The translations under genes were made by a program, and so were the position numbers. This document shows positions 9,820 to 18,454 of a stretch of 64,000 nucleotides of DNA, piece by piece. The notes beneath the pieces were generated by a model. That model saw only the letters and a program-made list of their open reading frames with translations. It searched no databases and was not told the DNA's origin. Numbering within the stretch: the stretch's first letter is position 1; each line of letters opens with the position of its first letter. Source of the stretch: Patescibacteria group bacterium (GTDB lineage Bacteria; Patescibacteriota; Patescibacteriia; UBA10025; JAHIVO01); assembly GCA_028718605.1 (NCBI GenBank), contig JAQULM010000001.1, positions 413,719-477,718 on the forward strand. The letters are read 5' to 3'.

Positions 9820-11205
9820 TTACACGCCGAGCGTGCTATTTAAATTATTGATCGCGAGGAATTCTTCCATAAGAAGCGTCGGATGATTTTCCTGTGCGCG
9901 TCTCGTGAGTATCTGCTCAATTGACCGATTCGTGTCAATGCTCTCTCGGCCGATATCAATATAAAGTTTGAATACGGGCGCGAGTTTCCATGCGCCAACC
10001 CCCTCGCTCCGGCGCTGATATGAATCTTCTTCGAGGAGATCAATTTTCTCCAACACTTTCTCCGCGGACTCCTGTGGATTTGTGCCGAGCCTTCTAAATT
10101 CCTTCAAATCAATTTCCCCAATTTCCTCAACAGGACCGACAATGTGCATCGGTTGGCGAATATCTACCATCTGGGGACGGTCAGGCTCGATCGATGACGG
10201 GATTGGTGTGCGCTTCGGCAGCTCTTCGGGTGAACGCGCGTAAAGCGATACGGCTTCTGCGCTCATGGGTTGGACCGGCTGTGGCGCCGGTACGGCAGGC
10301 GTTTCCTCAATGGGCACTGAACGCGCTGGGGCAACTGGCTCGACAGGCAACGGAGTTACGGATTGAAGAGCAGGTGGTTTGACTGGTGCAACCTGCTGTG
10401 CCGGCTCTGGCGGGATCTGTTCGACAGAAGGAACAAATGGTTTTGGAAGTTCTTTCTTCACTTCGCCGGGTTTCGGAACAAACGCCGGTGGCGTTGGTGC
10501 AAACATGCCTCCCTGCCCGACGAGGTCCACGCCCCATTTCTTGAGGTTCGCCCGTGGTGCTTCTGCCGTTCGAGGCTGCGCGGCGACGGCGACGCCCGCC
10601 TCATGGAACACAGCTGCCCTTTGTTCCGCAAGGTTGAGCACACGATCCGCCTCGGCTGATGATAACTCTATTCCGCCAATTTTTTTCGGCCGCATGAGCA
10701 CTTCCCGCGCCTCAATGGACGTCCTGATATCACGCAGGCGCGATTCGAGTACCTTTGAAAACCTCTTTATCAAGAGATCGTCTTCGAGCCGTACGCCGCT
10801 CTCACGAAGGATTTCCTCAATGGCTGTATTGAGGGCTACGGTGGCAGCCAGCTGCGGAGCTCCGCCCATTGCTTCGAGATCACGGGCATGCTGCTCGATT
10901 TCCTCAATATCCTCCGGCTCCAAGTTGAGCGGCGCCTTCCCTGCCGACATAACGGGCATTGGCCGCGGTGCTATTGCCGCGGATGGGGCGGGTTTCTGCG
11001 GCACAAACAGAGGGGGTGTAACAGGCGGCATGGGAGGTTTCGGAAGCGGTTCCGGAGCAGGCGGCTCACGGCGGGCGGGAACCGCGGTTTTCGGTACTGT
11101 TACGTCAACGATCTGCCCGTCCTCGACTTTTTTGAATTGGCCGCTTTTATCGCGTATCAAAAAACTCTGCGATAGATCAGAATTGTTTGGATCATTCACG
11201 TCCAT
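9820..11205 (-). CDS. Pro-rich hypothetical protein in the T4SS-like operon
   Basis: 461-aa ORF, Pro/Ala-rich linkers between helical segments; 5 bp from prgI and overlapping the upstream gene by 14 bp. Confidence 0.7.
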   Translation of the reverse strand: MDVNDPNNSDLSQSFLIRDKSGQFKKVEDGQIVDVTVPKTAVPARREPPAPEPLPKPPMPPVTPPLFVPQKPAPSAAIAPRPMPVMSAGKAPLNLEPEDIEEIEQHARDLEAMGGAPQLAATVALNTAIEEILRESGVRLEDDLLIKRFSKVLESRLRDIRTSIEAREVLMRPKKIGGIELSSAEADRVLNLAEQRAAVFHEAGVAVAAQPRTAEAPRANLKKWGVDLVGQGGMFAPTPPAFVPKPGEVKKELPKPFVPSVEQIPPEPAQQVAPVKPPALQSVTPLPVEPVAPARSVPIEETPAVPAPQPVQPMSAEAVSLYARSPEELPKRTPIPSSIEPDRPQMVDIRQPMHIVGPVEEIGEIDLKEFRRLGTNPQESAEKVLEKIDLLEEDSYQRRSEGVGAWKLAPVFKLYIDIGRESIDTNRSIEQILTRRAQENHPTLLMEEFLAINNLNSTLGV

Positions 11206-12151
11206 GCAAGAGAGTAGTTATTGGTCTCGTTTGAGTAATATATATCTTTTTCTTCTCGATAGCCCACTCGATATCCTGAGGGCATCGATAATGCGCCTCA
11301 ATCCGCTTGCACATGCGGGCGAGCTCGACTATCTGCGAACCAGTGAGGACTTGCGCGTCCTGGAGTTTCCGGGGTAGGCGGACAGTTTTGGTGCCGGCAC
11401 CCGGTTTCCGGATAATCATTTTCTCCTGTGTCGAAACGTTAACGTCAAGAATTACTTCATCTTCTTTGTCGATAATGTACGTATCAGGGGTAATCATGCC
11501 CGATACAATCGCTTCGCCGAGGCCGAATCCTGCTTCGATAACCATTTGTTTCCGGTCCTTCGTGACCGGGTGGGCAGTGAAGCAGACCCCGGATACCTGC
11601 GAATTCACCATTTTCTGCACAACAACTGCGACGCTGACTTTTGTTTTGTGAAGTTTCCTTTCGTACCGATAGAAAATCGCCCGGGGCGTGAATAGGGATG
11701 ACCAGCAGCTTTTAACTGCCCCAAATAGCTTCTGCTGAGTAATAAATAAATATGTTTCGAGCTCGCCTGCCCAGGATGCGATTGAAGAATCCTCTGCGGT
11801 TGCCGAGGACCTGACGGCAACGTATGGGGCGCGGAGTTTTCGGAACATTTGCAAGACTTCTTTCTTGAGGTCACCCGGGAAACGGGCGTCATGAATCAAA
11901 TCGCGTATCTCATGAGAAAAACGGTCAACCGACGTAAGGTCCCGATGATTCAGGCGGTCAAGCCCTGCGTCTATCTCAACACCAATATCGGTCTCCTCGA
12001 GAAAACGTTCAAATGCAGGCGCGAGAATCACAAACCCCGGCGGTACCGGGATCCCACTCTGTACCATTTCGCCAAGATTCGCTCCTTTTCCGCCAGCGAC
12101 ACTTACACTTTTTTTTGATAATTCCGAGAAAGAAGATACGTACGTAAACAT
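11192..12151 (-). CDS. Stand-alone PEP synthase/PPDK N-terminal ATP-grasp (PEP/pyruvate-binding domain) protein
   Basis: GGKGANLGEM, VPPGFVI, VAVRSSATAEDSSIASWAGELETYL, VQKMV, IEAGFGLGEAIVSG, DIEWA, TQTRPIT; protein ends right after RPIT, with no His-swivel or PEP-binding barrel. Confidence 0.93.
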   Translation of the reverse strand: MFTYVSSFSELSKKSVSVAGGKGANLGEMVQSGIPVPPGFVILAPAFERFLEETDIGVEIDAGLDRLNHRDLTSVDRFSHEIRDLIHDARFPGDLKKEVLQMFRKLRAPYVAVRSSATAEDSSIASWAGELETYLFITQQKLFGAVKSCWSSLFTPRAIFYRYERKLHKTKVSVAVVVQKMVNSQVSGVCFTAHPVTKDRKQMVIEAGFGLGEAIVSGMITPDTYIIDKEDEVILDVNVSTQEKMIIRKPGAGTKTVRLPRKLQDAQVLTGSQIVELARMCKRIEAHYRCPQDIEWAIEKKKIYITQTRPITTLLHGRE

Positions 12152-12234
12152 GCGATTGGTTTCAGATACGGCTCCGCAATCGAGCTTAAAAAGTCGTGTT
12201 ATTAAATGACTTTTTCTTTAATGTAAGTGGCTTC

Positions 12235-12263
12235 ATTATAGCATAATTTTTCAAGAAAATCAA
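12235..12263 (-). promoter_or_regulatory. Sigma70-type promoter for the ATP-grasp/virB4 operon
   Basis: Minus strand TTGATT-17 nt-TATAAT with extended -10 TG. Confidence 0.65.
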
Positions 12264-12349
12264 ACCATCTCCCGTACGTTTCTGTAATTTATCTGGCGGC
12301 GAATGTACTTGAAAAAACAGCAAAAAAATGGTATTTTATAATCAACAAT

Positions 12350-13408
12350 ATGGCAACGCCAAACCAACAAGCCGACATACAACGTGCACGCGAATACAGC
12401 ACCGCACTTCGAGCTGATAAAGCCAAGCGAGAATCTAGAATTGCTGCACGGCTTGCCGCCACAACCAATAAAGTTGAGGGGATGAAACAGATTATCGAAC
12501 AGGAAACAGCGATGCGGGTAATGAATGAGAAAGCAAATGCGGATGATGTCATACGGGGCGCTGGCATGATGGAGCGCTTGGATGCTGACAATGCCGGGGA
12601 AGGCGGGCAGGCTGGGCAAGCGCAAAGTAAAAAAAATGAGGCAGCGCGCCGAGAAATTGCAGAAGAATTTGACCAACCCGGCGACACTGATGCTTTGGCG
12701 GAATCAGAAAACAGCGCACAAGGGCAGCATGGCGACCTCAGTAGCTTAAAAAATAAAATGCCCTCAATGCCTGTCGGCGATAGCATCCAGGTACCCCGTT
12801 CCCCGGGAGAACAAACTGGCGAGGGCGGTGGTGACGAAGAGCAAAGCCCGCCAGATGAAAATCAAGACGTGGTCCGCAAAGACCAGGAGTCGGCTACTGC
12901 CCGCCAGATGCATCTTAAGCAGACTAAGGCGCTCGCCGACAAACGGGAACAAGCGGTCGCCGACGAAGAAATCGCAGTAGCCGAGCAGGCAGAGGTTGAA
13001 GCCGCCGGTGAAGAAGCGCAAGCAACAGGGAAACCGCTAAAACCGATCCCGACGCTCCCTTTCGCCATGATGCTCGCACTCGCAATTATGAAAGATGGCG
13101 TAGATTTTTTTGATTGGGGATTTCTCGGCGTTGTGCTCAACCTCATACCGATTATGGGGATAACCATTATTGTGTTAATTACTGGCGGCTCACTGTCGAA
13201 CTTCATCAGCAAGAAAAAATGGCTCTTCGCGTCAGGCGCTGCAGTAGAATTTATCCCTATCATTGGCTTTATGCCGATCTGGACCATCACGATCATCTGG
13301 ATGTGGATTGAGGGGAAACGCCAGAAACCTGTTTCCGGACGGGTTGCTGCACGGTATACCCGCCGCATTGCGAACAGAGGTAAGTCAGCACTGCGGTTGC
13401 TTAAATGA
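12350..13408 (+). CDS. Hypothetical membrane protein (acidic coiled-coil N-terminus, C-terminal TM helices)
   Basis: 352-aa ORF; TTGAAA...TATAAT immediately upstream; hydrophobic C-terminal third. Confidence 0.75.
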   Translation: MATPNQQADIQRAREYSTALRADKAKRESRIAARLAATTNKVEGMKQIIEQETAMRVMNEKANADDVIRGAGMMERLDADNAGEGGQAGQAQSKKNEAARREIAEEFDQPGDTDALAESENSAQGQHGDLSSLKNKMPSMPVGDSIQVPRSPGEQTGEGGGDEEQSPPDENQDVVRKDQESATARQMHLKQTKALADKREQAVADEEIAVAEQAEVEAAGEEAQATGKPLKPIPTLPFAMMLALAIMKDGVDFFDWGFLGVVLNLIPIMGITIIVLITGGSLSNFISKKKWLFASGAAVEFIPIIGFMPIWTITIIWMWIEGKRQKPVSGRVAARYTRRIANRGKSALRLLK

Positions 13409-13516
13409 TGCGGCAGTCTTCCGCATCCTGTCTATTTTAATAAAATGATATGTTCGACAAACCGCACGGCGCGGTTTTTTGTTCCTTGTGCAGTTGCAGC
13501 GACCTACATGCTTTCA

Positions 13517-13545
13517 TTGACAAACACGATTCCCCATGGTACGGT
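13517..13545 (+). promoter_or_regulatory. Sigma70-type promoter
   Basis: TTGACA-17 nt-TACGGT with TG extension, upstream of the ATG at 13621. Confidence 0.45.
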
Positions 13546-13620
13546 GAGATGCTACTTACTTGGTTACGAACAAAAAAACGAAACATAGACGTCCACCCTT
13601 TGGCGGACAGGAGGATTGAA

Positions 13621-14274
13621 ATGAAATCCCTGATGCTTGTTCGGAACTCACTCCCGGACGCAAATGGGAGTATTCGGCATTGGGCTGGCATCAACCTGGC
13701 GTGGGTCGCGGGTACATTCTTCGGCCCGACGCAGAATGTATCGTATGCAGCGGCAAGCGGCGAACGTTCTGCGGTCGAAACCGCTGAACTGTACCTCGGC
13801 GCTGCGGGATTTAACCACGTTCCGATCGTACCGAACGACATGCTCGACTCCCCACGAAGGCTGGTCCTCCCCGAATTCGCTGAGCAGCTGGCAATGCAGG
13901 CGGCACACCGGGGAGTCACGTTCGATGAGATACTGTTTGAACCGGAAACAGGCTTGAATGCGGAGATTGCGCGTTACGCCCAGGCTGCGTACTCGTTTCT
14001 GGTGGGACACGTGAAGTCAGCGAGCGACAATGAGGCCGTGATTGCCTTTTCCCACGCAATCACGATTGAGGCGATCGTCATCACTGCCCTGCGTACCAGT
14101 TGCGGAGTACCACTCTCCCGCCCGTATGCGCTCGATGAAATCAAAGGCATGCTCGGGTACGCAGAAGCCTATACCGTCCTTTTTGCGGGGGACAATAAGC
14201 CGACGCGAATTATCCGGCCGAGCACCGCAGAACTGCTCGCATTGCTCCCCCAGCTCGTGAAGAAGCCCCACTAA
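13621..14274 (+). CDS. Histidine phosphatase-fold protein lacking the catalytic His (RNS instead of RHG)
   Basis: LMLVRNS...SGERSAVETAE...IAFSHAITI; start reassigned to the ATG after SD AGGAGG (13609-13614). Confidence 0.6.
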   Translation: MKSLMLVRNSLPDANGSIRHWAGINLAWVAGTFFGPTQNVSYAAASGERSAVETAELYLGAAGFNHVPIVPNDMLDSPRRLVLPEFAEQLAMQAAHRGVTFDEILFEPETGLNAEIARYAQAAYSFLVGHVKSASDNEAVIAFSHAITIEAIVITALRTSCGVPLSRPYALDEIKGMLGYAEAYTVLFAGDNKPTRIIRPSTAELLALLPQLVKKPH

Positions 14275-14299
14275 CACGGCTCTTCCCCTGCTCCAAAAC

Positions 14300-14342
14300 G
14301 AGGCCCGGTCGCTCTCTCATACGACCGGGCTCTCATTATTTA
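14300..14342 (+). terminator. Probable intrinsic terminator
   Basis: GC-rich stem GCCCGGTCG/CGACCGGGC followed by a T-rich run, downstream of the 14274 stop. Confidence 0.55.
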
Positions 14343-14359
14343 TTCTGGCACAGCAACTC

Positions 14360-14388
14360 TTGACAAATCCACAACGCCATGCTATTAT
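14360..14388 (+). promoter_or_regulatory. Sigma70-type promoter
   Basis: TTGACA-17 nt-TATTAT with extended -10 TG. Confidence 0.7.
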
Positions 14389-14553
14389 GCTCTGTTAAAT
14401 AACAACCAAATAGCTGAGGAGAGAATACGAATGTACACTGTTTCGTAGTGAGTACGATATCCTCAATGCCAAGCAGTGTGTTTTTGTAAGTAATTGACAA
14501 TCTATCTACTGAAACCACACAACCGTCCGCCCCATGGTGGACAGGAGGAATTG

Positions 14554-15228
14554 ATGCAATTTCTAGGAATCTGTGAAACCGCAAAACAAGTGGGGGAGTT
14601 CGTCCCGGAAACCGCGACGAACGTAAATGCCCTCACCCGGCACAGCAAATCAGTCCAGGAAGGACCGAACCGCTCCAGAACGCTCATTCCCTTGGGAATT
14701 GAGTTGTGCGCCGCCGTACGTCCTCAATACGGACACCTCGGGCTGCTCAAGGTCCTGACGACCCGATTCGGCAACCCGCTGATCAGACATAGCGAGATGA
14801 TCCGGGCCGCGCTGACCGGCTGGGAGATTCTGCATCCAACGCAATTCACGGCCGATAGCCGTATCACACTCGCCGTAAGCCTGAAGAAAATTAAGGGCGG
14901 TGCATGGTACGACGAGATGAAGAAGGCCGGCAGGTCGATCGGCGAAATGTTGACCACGGTCCACCATGAACTGACTATGCTGGACAGCCAGCCGTACGAT
15001 CAACGCATGTCCGAGATGTATGACTTCTTCACGGAAGTCGGCACCGACTGCAAATTCAGGTGGGGCTTTGGACACGAACCGGAACCTACGCTCTGCGTTC
15101 TGAAGCACAATCTCATCCCGGAGGAACACGTCGGTCTGCTCGAATGCCAGTCGTACATCGTATTCACCGATGATCAGCGGAACATCGTCGGGGTCATCAA
15201 GTTCTGCCCACCGGCTACCATCAAGTAG
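14554..15228 (+). CDS. Divergent histidine phosphatase-family protein (SixA-like GHEP motif)
   Basis: ALTRHSKS...LIPLGIE...HSEMIRA...WGFGHEPEPT; start reassigned to the ATG after SD AGGAGG (14543-14548). Confidence 0.6.
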   Translation: MQFLGICETAKQVGEFVPETATNVNALTRHSKSVQEGPNRSRTLIPLGIELCAAVRPQYGHLGLLKVLTTRFGNPLIRHSEMIRAALTGWEILHPTQFTADSRITLAVSLKKIKGGAWYDEMKKAGRSIGEMLTTVHHELTMLDSQPYDQRMSEMYDFFTEVGTDCKFRWGFGHEPEPTLCVLKHNLIPEEHVGLLECQSYIVFTDDQRNIVGVIKFCPPATIK

Positions 15229-15272
15229 CCAGTGCTGAAAAGGATCCTGACCGATTCTAATCAGCCAAAATG

Positions 15273-15310
15273 AGACCATCCAACGTCTTCGTACGGAGGG
15301 TGGTTTTTTT
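15273..15310 (+). terminator. Probable intrinsic terminator
   Basis: AGACCATCC...GGGTGGTTT stem followed by a T7 run. Confidence 0.5.
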
Positions 15311-15357
15311 ATCGCACAAACAGTATACTGAAATAACTACTTACTAACAATACTTCT

Positions 15358-16269
15358 ATGGGAGAAATGCACAATTTCGAAATATCATCCCAGTTTGAAC
15401 ATCGGGAAGGAGAAAAAGAACGGCCCAATCTGACCGTGTACCTCATGCGGCACGGCGAAACTGAAACCGACAAATCGAAACCGAACCGCGGTCTTACCGA
15501 GCATGGCCAGGAACAGGTAAGAGAAAACTTCAATGGCATCATCGACCAACTGATACAAGAAGAAGTGCCAGAATTTCGGGACTTCGACGATCCGGAAAAA
15601 CGTAAAGCTGCTGCCGTACAAGCGTTCTCGAAAGTTGAAATGCACCTCGCGGAATCCGGCACTGACCGCACCCAAGAGCAGGTTTGGCTTGAACGCGGAA
15701 TCCTCATTGACATGGGCGTGCCTCCCGAGGACCTGCATTTGCCGAAGTCAACCTACGAATGGGCAGTAAAGAACGGGAAGATCGAAGCGATGCCCGAAGA
15801 CGGCGGTCCAGGGGTCAAGCGCCGGCTTGCTGGCGTTGGCGGTATGGATAGTGCCAAAGAGTTCAGGAAAAAAATCAGCAACCCTGAATACCAGGCGCAG
15901 ATCGGCGCGACGGACGAAATTATCGCGTGGGCAAAAACGCCGGATGATGAAATCCCGGAAGGCGTTGAGACGAGGAACCAAATGGAAGCCCGCCTGCAAA
16001 GCGACCTCGGCAAAGTAGAGCACGTTGCCAGTAAACGCCTCAACGGCCGCCCGAAACGGACTGTGTATGTTGCGAATAGCCATGCCTCAATACTCACGCT
16101 TGCCGCTTCCTCAGAGTTAAACGCGCCGATTGAACAGGTCGGAGAAATTGAAAACGGGGAAGGCCTCCGCCTCGACTTCTACGGCGAGGGTAAAGCGCAC
16201 ACCGCACAGCCATTTGGAAAAAATACGGAAGCGAAATTTCAGCGACTCAGGGAACAGCCGTCGGCTTAA
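15358..16269 (+). CDS. Histidine phosphatase (phosphoglycerate mutase-like) family protein
   Basis: VYLMRHGET, GLTEHGQEQ, SGTDRTQE, VANSHASIL. Confidence 0.85.
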   Translation: MGEMHNFEISSQFEHREGEKERPNLTVYLMRHGETETDKSKPNRGLTEHGQEQVRENFNGIIDQLIQEEVPEFRDFDDPEKRKAAAVQAFSKVEMHLAESGTDRTQEQVWLERGILIDMGVPPEDLHLPKSTYEWAVKNGKIEAMPEDGGPGVKRRLAGVGGMDSAKEFRKKISNPEYQAQIGATDEIIAWAKTPDDEIPEGVETRNQMEARLQSDLGKVEHVASKRLNGRPKRTVYVANSHASILTLAASSELNAPIEQVGEIENGEGLRLDFYGEGKAHTAQPFGKNTEAKFQRLREQPSA

Positions 16270-16283
16270 TAAACTGCCATAAC

Positions 16284-16312
16284 AAAACCGCCTTACACCA
16301 AGGCGGTTTTTT
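16284..16312. terminator. Bidirectional intrinsic terminator between convergent genes
   Basis: AAAACCGCCTT-acacc-AAGGCGGTTTTTT perfect inverted repeat with A/T tails. Confidence 0.85.
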
Positions 16313-16331
16313 ATTATACAAAAAGAAGACC

Positions 16332-17852
16332 CTATTTTCTTATTCGCACCACTCCCTCGTTCCCATCAACCTCAACAATCTGCCCGTCTTTCAGAATTTT
16401 TGTTGCCATGCGCAAGCCGATAATGCCCGGGATGCCGGCTTCACGTGCTAATGTTGCCGGGTGCGAGGTAATGCCCGGCCCGCCGTCGCAAATCAAACCT
16501 GAAGCGATTGACAGGACGTGGGTAAACACCGGCGTTGCCTGGATTGTCGCGATGATGTCTCCCTTCTTTACCTTATGGAACGCGTCCGGATTAATCACAA
16601 TCTTGACCGGCCCGCGCGCGGTGCCGGGAGAAACAGGCGTACCGTACAGTGCCTTTACTTTTCTATCAATTTTAACAAAAAAATCAAAATACTGCTGTGC
16701 CTGTTTTCCCATTAACACGGCTGTCTTCCTGCGGAAGTTATGGAACACGACCAAGCGGATGCGCTCGTTTACGATTGAACTCATGTCGATGCCGTGCACG
16801 AGCATCGGCCGCACTTCCTGCGTAAGCAAATGCCTCGCCTGGCGAATCGATAGCACACCCCGTTTGGCAATCTCGATGAGGATCGGGTCGTATAAATGGA
16901 GCGTCTGGGACACGATCCACTTCCGCAGCTCCTTGTAGTAAATTGCCTCGCGCATTGTTTTGAACAGCCGCTGGTGCTTCGTGTCAATCTTCAGCGTTCG
17001 GTAAATCGCACGGACATCCCGCTCTAGTTGCTGTTCGTCGCGGATCATTTTTTTGAGCGCTGCATGTGGGTCACTGGCGAGAAGTTTTTTAAACCGTACA
17101 ATGAAATCTTCCTGGGATAAAATCGGGTCATCGTAGTCGCGCGTAATCCAGAAAAACCTGCGTACGTGCTTCATAAAAAGCGCTCGCAGGGCTGTGTCTG
17201 CCCGAATTGACTTAAGGACATTTCCGGCGTGGCGCTGCTTGAAAATTGCCCTCCAGCGGGAATTCTGTGCAATGCGCTGGCACACGGCGAGTGCTGCTTT
17301 ACGCTCCTGCCAGTTAATCATCGCGCGCTGTTCGGTGATCAGCCGGTCAATCGCCTTGCCGGCGCGGATCGGGTCTGGCTCACGGGATGCAATATACTCC
17401 CGTAAGTATTGAAAAAAGTAGTTTTCCATCGCCAACACGGGGAAATAGTGGGAATACACCTGCCGGTACCGCTTATCGTACTCCTCGTGCAGCGCCGCCA
17501 GCTTCGCATTGTGCATCGTCTTCAACGCTGCCGGCTTATTGTTTGCGCGCAGGAAGCGGTAGAACGAACGGCCAAAGGCCTTTTGCTTTTTCGCGAGTTT
17601 CATGAACAGCGCCGGGTCGGCGAGAACGCGCTTCATTACTCCCATACCCACGCGTTCATGGTCGTCCTTGTCAAAAAAAGCGTAAAAAACGTTCTCGGTA
17701 AAGAACACGATGCTCTGCTGATACGCATACCCGATCACCTGTTTCATTTCATTGCACACTGTCTCCATGGAGATATAGTTCGGAAACGGACTGACCCGCT
17801 GGCGCTGGGACAGCTGGAACCAGTGCAGTTTTTTATTTAACCGTATGTTCAT
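16332..17852 (-). CDS. PEP-utilizer phospho-His swivel-domain protein 1 (no ATP-binding domain)
   Basis: C-terminal GTPVSPGTARG...GDIIAT...DGGPGITSHPATLAREAGIPGIIG...VEVDGNEGVV; ~400-aa helical N-terminal region. Confidence 0.9.
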   Translation of the reverse strand: MNIRLNKKLHWFQLSQRQRVSPFPNYISMETVCNEMKQVIGYAYQQSIVFFTENVFYAFFDKDDHERVGMGVMKRVLADPALFMKLAKKQKAFGRSFYRFLRANNKPAALKTMHNAKLAALHEEYDKRYRQVYSHYFPVLAMENYFFQYLREYIASREPDPIRAGKAIDRLITEQRAMINWQERKAALAVCQRIAQNSRWRAIFKQRHAGNVLKSIRADTALRALFMKHVRRFFWITRDYDDPILSQEDFIVRFKKLLASDPHAALKKMIRDEQQLERDVRAIYRTLKIDTKHQRLFKTMREAIYYKELRKWIVSQTLHLYDPILIEIAKRGVLSIRQARHLLTQEVRPMLVHGIDMSSIVNERIRLVVFHNFRRKTAVLMGKQAQQYFDFFVKIDRKVKALYGTPVSPGTARGPVKIVINPDAFHKVKKGDIIATIQATPVFTHVLSIASGLICDGGPGITSHPATLAREAGIPGIIGLRMATKILKDGQIVEVDGNEGVVRIRK

Positions 17853-18454
17853 AATGCTCTCGTAATGGCACGCCGCATCTGTTTGAAGTTTTTATATAAA
17901 ATCGTGTTTACGCCCATTTTGGAGGGTTCAACCAGGTTTGCCGCTTGATCATCGATGTAAACTATCTCAGATGGCTTTACCCGAAAACGGCGACAAATGT
18001 ACGCGACGGTCTTCTTGCTCGCCTTGGGAAGGTTCAGCGACTGCGTATTGATACTGTCGTCAAAATACTTCTTGAAACCGAGCGCTTTATCAAAATACGC
18101 AAACCACGCCACCAGGTTCTTGCTCAGGATAATGCACGTGTACCCGCGATGGCGCAAGCGAGTGACGTACTGCACGACTGATCTACGAAGTTCCGTATGC
18201 CGCAAGTGCCATGCCCTCATCGCGCGCCAGTCCTGGCGCCACCCGAGTTCTCGAATTGGGCGAATCCAACCCTGGCGTTCGGTGATCTTATTTTCGGCAA
18301 TTAAGTTGAAATACTTCGTATATAAAACGTTAAAAACCGCTTGCCATGGGGTTCCGTGGATTTTCGCGAAATGCCGGCTTGTTTTTTTATGGTCACCGAT
18401 CACGGTAACGCCGTTGAAGTCAAAAATGATTAATTGTACGTGTTTCTTGTTCAT
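17849..18454 (-). CDS. HAD-superfamily hydrolase
   Basis: Motif I IIFDFNGV, motif II ILSKN, K in LPKAS, motif IV YIDDQAAN; ATGA overlaps with both neighbours. Confidence 0.85.
   Translation of the reverse strand: MNKKHVQLIIFDFNGVTVIGDHKKTSRHFAKIHGTPWQAVFNVLYTKYFNLIAENKITERQGWIRPIRELGWRQDWRAMRAWHLRHTELRRSVVQYVTRLRHRGYTCIILSKNLVAWFAYFDKALGFKKYFDDSINTQSLNLPKASKKTVAYICRRFRVKPSEIVYIDDQAANLVEPSKMGVNTILYKNFKQMRRAITRAL

Noticed and set aside
11192-12151. Calling this gene ppsA, or a ppsA pseudogene broken by frameshift
   Set aside because: It ends cleanly at the domain boundary with catalytic motifs intact, no swivel or barrel remnant follows in any frame, and no PEP-binding barrel exists in the window.
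14389-14524. Riboswitch or sRNA in the ~160-nt leader
   Set aside because: No known aptamer consensus was recognised by eye; only the SD-proximal hairpin is supported.
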